Virus record (IMG/VR): IMGVR_UViG_2690316161_000007
DNA: 23,485 bases
Reading direction: 5' to 3' (one strand)
Source of the DNA: a virus
Taxonomy: Duplodnaviria; Heunggongvirae; Uroviricota; Caudoviricetes
Under the pieces are notes generated by a model. It did no database searches. It saw only the letters and a program-made list of their open reading frames with translations, and was not told where the DNA came from. The translations under genes were made by a program, and so were the position numbers. Below are positions 17,608 through 23,485 of this stretch, piece by piece (the stretch's first letter is position 1; every line of letters starts with the position of its first letter).

Positions 17608-17946
17608 ATGAACAAAACGATTTTATTCTGCACGATTATTGCCTTAACAGGATGTAAATCTTTGGATTACGTAAAATCCGGAAAACCTGTAATGGAAGGT
17701 AATTCATTAAAAAATATTGATGAATTGTCAGGCTGCATATCCAGACAATGGGCTGGTAATGGAACACCTATAACATCCCTTCCTATTGAGAATGGGGTAA
17801 GCCTTTTAGTTCCACAGGCTATGGGGGGATATGATGTTGTGCTTGATATCAAAAAAGCAGGAAATGGCAGTAGTTTTACTCTTTATGAACGTGTACCAGC
17901 ATTAACGCCAAAAATTTTTGCTGATAGTGTTAATGCATGTAAATAA
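17608..17946 (+). CDS. Small secreted lipoprotein encoded by a moron between I and J
   Basis: Product starts MNKTILFCTIIALTGCKS: hydrophobic signal peptide plus lipobox L-T-G-C, with Lys at +2 of the mature protein. The gene lies in a strongly AT-rich island unlike the flanking tail genes and is followed by an intrinsic terminator. ORF track opens at TTG 17596; ATG 17608 is preferred. Confidence 0.7.
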   Translation: MNKTILFCTIIALTGCKSLDYVKSGKPVMEGNSLKNIDELSGCISRQWAGNGTPITSLPIENGVSLLVPQAMGGYDVVLDIKKAGNGSSFTLYERVPALTPKIFADSVNACK

Positions 17947-17970
17947 TAGTTAATCCTGTCGTAACTCATG

Positions 17971-17998
17971 AGCCGCCTTTTGGGCGGCTTTGTTGTTT
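17971..17998 (+). terminator. Rho-independent terminator after the lipoprotein moron
   Basis: AGCCGCC-TTTTG-GGCGGCT hairpin followed by TTGTTGTTT. Confidence 0.7.
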
Positions 17999-18012
17999 AT
18001 GGAGTGTGAGGA

Positions 18013-21000
18013 ATGGGTAAAGGAAGCAGTAAGGGGCATACCCCGCGCGAAGCGAGGGACAACCTGAAGTCCACGCAGCTGCTGAGTGTGATCGATGCCA
18101 TCAGCGAAGGGCCGGTTGAAGGTCCGGTGGACGGATTAAAAAGCGTGCTGCTGAACAGTACGCCGGTGCTGGACAGTGAGGGGAATACCAATATATCCGG
18201 TGTCACGGTGGTGTTCCGGGCAGGTGAGCAGGAGCAGACACCGCCGGAGGGATTTGAATCCTCCGGCTCCGAGACGGTGCTGGGTACGGAAGTGAAATAT
18301 GACACGCCGATCACCCGGACCATCACGTCGGCAAACATCGACCGTCTGCGCTTTACCTTCGGTGTGCAGGCACTGGTGGAAACCACCTCAAAGGGGGACC
18401 GGAATCCGTCGGAAGTCCGCCTGCTGGTTCAGATACAGCGTAACGGTGGCTGGGTGACGGAAAAAGACATCACCATTAAGGGCAAAACCACCTCGCAGTA
18501 TCTGGCCTCGGTGGTGGTGGATAACCTGCCGCCGCGCCCGTTTAATATCCGGATGCGCAGGATGACGCCTGACAGCACCACAGACCAGCTGCAGAACAAA
18601 ACGCTCTGGTCGTCATACACCGAAATCATCGATGTGAAACAGGGCTACCCGAACACGGCACTGGTCGGCGTGCAGGTGGACTCGGAGCAGTTCGGCAGCC
18701 AGCAGGTGAGCCGTAATTATCATCTGCGCGGGCGTATTCTGCAGGTGCCGTCGAATTATAACCCGCAGACGCGGCAATACAGCGGTATCTGGGACGGAAC
18801 GTTTAAACCGGCATACAGCAACAACATGGCCTGGTGTCTGTGGGATATGCTGACCCATCCACGCTACGGCATGGGGAAACGTCTTGGTGCGGCGGATGTG
18901 GACAAATGGGCGCTGTATGTCATCGGCCAGTACTGCGACCAGTCAGTGCCGGATGGCTTTGGCGGCACGGAGCCGCGCATTACCTGTAATGCGTACCTGA
19001 CCACACAGCGCAAGGCGTGGGATGTGCTCAGTGATTTCTGCTCGGCGATGCGCTGTATGCCGGTATGGAACGGGCAGACGCTGACGTTCGTGCAGGACCG
19101 ACAGTCAGATAAGGTGTGGACCTATAACCGCAGTAATGTGGTGATGCCGGATGATGGTGCGCCGTTCCGCTACAGCTTCAGCGCCCTGAAGGACCGCCAT
19201 AATGCCGTTGAGGTGAACTGGATTGACCCGAACAACGGCTGGGAGACGGCGACAGAGCTTGTGGAGGATACGCAGGCCATTGCCCGTTACGGTCGTCACG
19301 TCACGAAGATGGATGCCTTTGGCTGTACCAGCCGGGGGCAGGTGCACCGCGCCGGGCTGTGGCTGATTAAAACGGAACTGCTGGAAACGCAGACCGTGGA
19401 CTTCAGCGTGGGTGCAGAAGGGCTTCGCCATGTACCGGGCGATGTCATTGAAATCTGTGATGATGACTATGCCGGTATCAGCACCGGCGGGCGCGTGCTG
19501 GCGGTGAACAGCCAGACCCGGACGCTGACGCTCGACCGTGAAATCACGCTGCCATCTTCCGGCACCACGCTGATAAGCCTGGTTGACGGAAGTGGCAATC
19601 CGGTCAGCGTGGAGGTTCAGTCCGTCACTGATGGCGTGAAGGTAAAAGTGAGCCGTGTTCCTGACGGCGTTGCCGAGTACAGCGTGTGGGGGCTGAAGCT
19701 GCCGATGCTGCGCCAGCGCCTGTTCCGCTGCGTGAGTATCCGTGAGAACGACGACGGCACGTATGCCATCACCGCCGTGCAGCATGTACCGGAAAAAGAG
19801 GCCATCGTGGATAACGGGGCGCACTTTGACGGCGACCAGAGCGGCACGGTGAATGGTGTCACGCCGCCAGCGGTGCAGCACCTGACCGCAGAAGTCACCG
19901 CAGACAGTGGGGAATATCAGGTGCTGGCGCGCTGGGACACGCCGAAGGTGGTGAAGGGCGTGAGCTTCCTGCTTCGCCTGACCGTGGCAGCGGACGATGG
20001 CAGTGAGCGGCTGGTCAGCACGGCCAGGACGACGGAAACTACATACCGCTTCACGCAACTGGCGCTGGGAAATTACAGGCTGACAGTCCGGGCGGTAAAT
20101 GCGTGGGGACAGCAGGGCGATCCGGCATCGGTATCGTTCCGGATTGCCGCACCGGCAGCACCGTCGCGGATTGAGCTGACGCCGGGCTATTTTCAGATAA
20201 CCGCCACGCCGCATTTTGCGGTTTATGATCCGACGGTACAGTTTGAGTTCTGGTTCTCGGAAAAACGGATTGCTGATATCAGGCAGGTTGAAACCAGCGC
20301 GCGTTATCTTGGTACGGCGCTGTACTGGATAGCCGCCAGTATCAATATCAAACCGGGCCATGATTATTATTTTTACGTTCGCAGTGTGAACACCGTTGGC
20401 AAATCGGCATTCGTGGAGGCTGTCGGTCGGGCGAGCGATGATGCGGAAGGTTACCTGGATTTTTTCAAAGGAGAAATCGGGAAAACACATCTGGCCCAGG
20501 AGCTGTGGACGCAGATTGATAACGGTCAGCTTGCGCCGGACCTGGCTGAAATCAGGACGTCCATTACGAATGTCAGCAATGAAATCACGCAGACCGTCAA
20601 TAAAAAACTGGAAGACCAGAGTGCGGCAATCCAGCAGATACAGAAAGTTCAGGTTGATACAAATAATAACCTGAACAGCATGTGGGCCGTGAAACTGCAG
20701 CAGATGCAGGACGGACGCCTTTATATTGCGGGTATCGGAGCCGGTATTGAGAATACGCCAGCAGGTATGCAGAGTCAGGTGCTTCTGGCTGCTGACCGGA
20801 TTGCGATGATTAATCCTGCGAATGGCAACACAAAGCCGATGTTTGTTGGTCAGGGCGATCAGATATTCATGAACGAAGTGTTCCTGAAATACCTGACGGC
20901 TCCCACCATTACCAGCGGCGGTAATCCTCCGGCATTTTCCCTGACACCGGACGGGCGGCTGACGGCGAAAAATGCCGATATCAGCGGTAACGTGAATGCG

Positions 21001-21492
21001 AACTCCGGGACGCTCAACAACGTCACGATTAACGAAAACTGTCGGGTTCTGGGAAAACTGTCCGCCAACCAGATTGAAGGCGATCTCGTTAAAACAGTGG
21101 GCAAAGCTTTCCCCCGGGACTCCCGTGCACCGGAGCGGTGGCCATCAGGGACCATTACCGTCAGGGTTTATGACGATCAGCCGTTTGACCGGCAAATTGT
21201 TATTCCGGCGGTGGCATTCAGTGGCGCTAAGCATGAGAGAGAGCATACTGATATTTACTCCTCATGCCGTCTGATAGTGCGGAAAAACGGTGCTGAAATT
21301 TATAACCGTACCGCGCTGGATAATACGCTGATTTACAGTGGTGTTATTGATATGCCTGCCGGTCACGGTCACATGACGCTGGAGTTTTCGGTGTCAGCAT
21401 GGCTGGTAAATAACTGGTATCCCACAGCAAGTATCAGCGATTTGCTGGTTGTGGTGATGAAGAAAGCCACCGCAGGCATCAGTATCAGCTGA
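18013..21492 (+). CDS. J: Tail tip / host specificity protein J
   Basis: 1159 aa product beginning [34 protein letters not shown], near-identical to lambda gpJ as recalled over roughly the first 800 aa; the C-terminal ~340 aa diverge. GGAG RBS upstream. Confidence 0.95.
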   Translation: MGKGSSKGHTPREARDNLKSTQLLSVIDAISEGPVEGPVDGLKSVLLNSTPVLDSEGNTNISGVTVVFRAGEQEQTPPEGFESSGSETVLGTEVKYDTPITRTITSANIDRLRFTFGVQALVETTSKGDRNPSEVRLLVQIQRNGGWVTEKDITIKGKTTSQYLASVVVDNLPPRPFNIRMRRMTPDSTTDQLQNKTLWSSYTEIIDVKQGYPNTALVGVQVDSEQFGSQQVSRNYHLRGRILQVPSNYNPQTRQYSGIWDGTFKPAYSNNMAWCLWDMLTHPRYGMGKRLGAADVDKWALYVIGQYCDQSVPDGFGGTEPRITCNAYLTTQRKAWDVLSDFCSAMRCMPVWNGQTLTFVQDRQSDKVWTYNRSNVVMPDDGAPFRYSFSALKDRHNAVEVNWIDPNNGWETATELVEDTQAIARYGRHVTKMDAFGCTSRGQVHRAGLWLIKTELLETQTVDFSVGAEGLRHVPGDVIEICDDDYAGISTGGRVLAVNSQTRTLTLDREITLPSSGTTLISLVDGSGNPVSVEVQSVTDGVKVKVSRVPDGVAEYSVWGLKLPMLRQRLFRCVSIRENDDGTYAITAVQHVPEKEAIVDNGAHFDGDQSGTVNGVTPPAVQHLTAEVTADSGEYQVLARWDTPKVVKGVSFLLRLTVAADDGSERLVSTARTTETTYRFTQLALGNYRLTVRAVNAWGQQGDPASVSFRIAAPAAPSRIELTPGYFQITATPHFAVYDPTVQFEFWFSEKRIADIRQVETSARYLGTALYWIAASINIKPGHDYYFYVRSVNTVGKSAFVEAVGRASDDAEGYLDFFKGEIGKTHLAQELWTQIDNGQLAPDLAEIRTSITNVSNEITQTVNKKLEDQSAAIQQIQKVQVDTNNNLNSMWAVKLQQMQDGRLYIAGIGAGIENTPAGMQSQVLLAADRIAMINPANGNTKPMFVGQGDQIFMNEVFLKYLTAPTITSGGNPPAFSLTPDGRLTAKNADISGNVNANSGTLNNVTINENCRVLGKLSANQIEGDLVKTVGKAFPRDSRAPERWPSGTITVRVYDDQPFDRQIVIPAVAFSGAKHEREHTDIYSSCRLIVRKNGAEIYNRTALDNTLIYSGVIDMPAGHGHMTLEFSVSAWLVNNWYPTASISDLLVVVMKKATAGISIS

Positions 21493-21510
21493 ATTTTATA
21501 ACCCATATAC

Positions 21511-21536
21511 GGGCGCCAGAAATGGCGCCTTTTTTA
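21511..21536 (+). terminator. Intrinsic terminator between J and lom
   Basis: GGGCGCC-AGAAAT-GGCGCC hairpin followed by TTTTTT. Confidence 0.65.
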
Positions 21537-21559
21537 TTGCAGAAAAGCGAGAGGTAATT

Positions 21560-22159
21560 ATGCGTAAAGTTTGTGCAGCCATTTTGTCCGCAGCCATCTG
21601 TCTGTCCGTATCCGGTGCGCCTGCATGGGCGTCTGAACATCAGTCCACACTGAGCGCGGGGTATCTTCATGCCCGTACGAACGCTCCCGGCAGCGATAAT
21701 CTGAACGGGATTAACGTGAAATACCGTTATGAGTTTACGGACGCGCTGGGGCTGATTACGTCCTTCAGTTATGCCAATGCTGAGGATGAGCAAAAAACGC
21801 ACTACAGCGATACCCGCTGGCATGAAGATTCCGTGCGTAACCGCTGGTTCAGCGTGATGGCGGGGCCGTCTGTGCGCGTGAATGAATGGTTCAGCGCGTA
21901 TGCGATGGTGGGTGTGGCTTACAGCCGTGTGTCGACTTTCTCCGGGGATTATCTCCGCGTAACTGACAACAAGGGGAAAACGCACGATGTGCTGACCGGA
22001 AGTGATGACGGTCGCCACAGCAACACGTCTCTGGCGTGGGGGGCTGGCGTGCAGTTTAACCCGACCGAATCCGTGACCATTGACCTTGCTTATGAAGGTT
22101 CCGGTAGTGGCGACTGGCGAACGGATGCATTTATTGTTGGTATCGGATACCGTTTCTGA
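21560..22159 (+). CDS. lom: Outer membrane protein Lom (Ail/Lom family beta-barrel), lysogenic-conversion moron
   Basis: 199 aa product with signal peptide (MRKVCAAILSAAICLSVSGAPAWA) and C-terminal GIGYRF; near-identical to lambda Lom as recalled. Flanked by terminators on both sides. Confidence 0.92.
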   Translation: MRKVCAAILSAAICLSVSGAPAWASEHQSTLSAGYLHARTNAPGSDNLNGINVKYRYEFTDALGLITSFSYANAEDEQKTHYSDTRWHEDSVRNRWFSVMAGPSVRVNEWFSAYAMVGVAYSRVSTFSGDYLRVTDNKGKTHDVLTGSDDGRHSNTSLAWGAGVQFNPTESVTIDLAYEGSGSGDWRTDAFIVGIGYRF

Positions 22160-22263
22160 CAACAGACGCCGATTTATCTTCTGTAAATATTGTTATGATA
22201 CGCAGGTTCATCCACCTTATGGGGTGAACTGCGTTTGAGGAAACGTAAAGTTACACTGTCCTG

Positions 22264-22297
22264 AAGCCCGTGGCGTCACTGCTGCGGGCTTTTTTTA
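22264..22297 (+). terminator. Intrinsic terminator after lom
   Basis: AGCCCG ... CGGGCT hairpin followed by TTTTTTT (22290-22296). Confidence 0.6.
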
Positions 22298-22310
22298 TTG
22301 GTGGAAAAGT

Positions 22311-23363
22311 ATGACAGTAAAAATTTCTGGCGTGCTTAAAGATGGCACAGGAAAACCAGTACAGAACTGCACCATTGTGCTGAAGGCCAGACGAACCAGC
22401 AGCACGGTGGTGGTGAACACGGTGGCCTCTGAAAATCCGGATGAAGCCGGACGTTACAGCATGGATGTTGAGCATGGTCAGTACAGCGTCACCCTGCTGG
22501 TTGAAGGTTTTCCGCCTTCACATGCCGGGACCATCACCGTGTATGAAGATTCCCGACCCGGTACGCTGAATGATTTTCTCGGTGCCATGACGGAGGATGA
22601 TGCCCGTCCTGAGGCACTGCGCCGTTTTGAACTGATGGTGGAAGAGGTGGTGCGTAACGCAGAGGAGGCGAAGAAGAATGCCGGAGAGGCGGAGACGTCA
22701 GCGAGGAATGCCGGCATATCAGCCAGTCAGGCAGAAGAGAGCGCGGCAAATGCTGACACTTCAGCAGGGGAGGCATCGGAGTCAGCCCGGCAGGCGGCAG
22801 AAAGTGCAGCCTCAGCAAAGCAGTCAGAGGAGGCGTCCTCGTCCTCGGCTTCTGCGGCCGCTCAAAAAGCCAGTGAGTCATCACAAAGTGCAGCAGATGC
22901 TGAATTGTCAAGAAAGACGGCAGAAAGTGCAGCCGGTAATGCAGCCAGGGATGCAACGACCGCAGCAGAAAAAGCCCGGGAGTCAGCAGAAAGCGCACAG
23001 TCAGCGGAACAAAGCAGGATAGCGGCGGAAGACGCCGTAAACCGAATCCCCACCGTGGTGGGACCTCCCGGGCCAAAGGGGGAACAGGGGCCCGCTGGCC
23101 CTCAGGGGCCGAAGGGCGACCCGGGGGAGACGCAAATACGGTTCCGTCTGGGGCCGGGAAACATTATTGAGACAAACAGCCATGGCTGGTTCCCGGATAC
23201 AGATGGCGCACTCATCACCGGACTGACCTTTCTTGACCCCAAAGATACCACACGGGTTCAGGGTTTTTTTCGGCATTTGCAGGTCAGGTTTGGTGACGGG
23301 CCGTGGCAGGATGTTAAGGGGCTGGATGAAGTGGGCAGTGATACAGGCAGAACAGGAGAATGA
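22311..23363 (+). CDS. stf: Side tail fiber protein (Stf-like N-terminus, Ser/Ala-rich region, collagen-like repeats, distinct C-terminal domain)
   Basis: N-terminus MTVKISGVLKDGTGKPVQNCTIVLKARR ... SMDVEHGQYSVTLLVEGFPPSHAGTITVYEDS matches the lambda Stf (orf-401) N-terminus as recalled. Long Ser/Ala/Glu-rich tract, then GPPGPKGEQGPAGPQGPKGDPGE. Confidence 0.85.
   Translation: MTVKISGVLKDGTGKPVQNCTIVLKARRTSSTVVVNTVASENPDEAGRYSMDVEHGQYSVTLLVEGFPPSHAGTITVYEDSRPGTLNDFLGAMTEDDARPEALRRFELMVEEVVRNAEEAKKNAGEAETSARNAGISASQAEESAANADTSAGEASESARQAAESAASAKQSEEASSSSASAAAQKASESSQSAADAELSRKTAESAAGNAARDATTAAEKARESAESAQSAEQSRIAAEDAVNRIPTVVGPPGPKGEQGPAGPQGPKGDPGETQIRFRLGPGNIIETNSHGWFPDTDGALITGLTFLDPKDTTRVQGFFRHLQVRFGDGPWQDVKGLDEVGSDTGRTGE
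23061..23129 (+). repeat. Collagen-like Gly-X-Y triplet repeat (7 triplets) inside the tail fiber gene
   Basis: Translation GPPGPKGEQGPAGPQGPKGDPGE in the stf frame. Confidence 0.85.
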
Positions 23364-23485
23364 CATGAACAGTAAGCGGCTCGTCAGAACCGTATTGATA
23401 TTTACTGAGAGCTCAGATCAACTTTCCAGGGCAACAGATCGCGTACCCGGTTTGCCGGCCAGTCCTGGATATGTTCAATGACGTA

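Larger units (their letters stand above)
1..23485 (+). mobile_element. Lambdoid phage/prophage late structural gene region (terminase to side tail fiber)
   Basis: Uninterrupted + strand series of ORFs in the lambda gene order with tightly abutting or overlapping stop/start codons (e.g. TAATG at 1928-1932, ATGA at 11267-11270 and 15219-15222). No integrase or att site is in the window, so integrated versus free state cannot be decided. Confidence 0.9.

Noticed and set aside
17608-17946. Identification of the I-J lipoprotein as lambda Bor
   Set aside because: The sequence does not resemble Bor as I recall it, and in lambda bor lies near the lysis genes, not between I and J.
19105-20490. 461 aa ORF on the minus strand
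   Set aside because: Lies entirely antisense to the highly conserved J gene; composition (Arg, His, Cys, Pro rich) is typical of a chance open frame in GC-rich antisense sequence; no RBS or operon context.
1-23485. Search for tRNA, rRNA, CRISPR arrays, IS elements, integrase or attachment sites
   Set aside because: No cloverleaf-like candidates in the short intergenic regions, no regular short repeat-spacer arrays, no transposase or integrase-like ORFs. The only large repeats are the tandem tail-gene units.

Overview
This window is the late (virion structural) operon of a lambda-family (lambdoid) enterobacterial phage or prophage, with every credible gene on the + strand in the canonical order: terminase large subunit (5' partial) - W - portal - fused ClpP-like prohead protease/major capsid - two small head proteins - Z - U - V - G/G-T (-1 frameshift) - tape measure H - M - L - K - I - J - lom - side tail fiber. 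The tail genes look close to phage lambda itself, while the head module is of a different type (mosaic genome). The most unusual feature is that a ~3.9 kb segment running from the C-terminal part of G through T, H and M to the N-terminal two thirds of L occurs as two tandem, non-identical copies (about 8139-12030 and 12031-15981). This gives two intact tape-measure genes and an in-frame chimeric L::G ORF at the junction. A second notable feature is an AT-rich moron between I and J that encodes a small lipoprotein with its own terminator, a candidate lysogenic-conversion or superinfection-exclusion gene. No integrase, attachment site, tRNA, CRISPR array or IS element is visible. All homology statements rest on reading the translated ORFs and on recalled lambda protein sequences; no database search was run.
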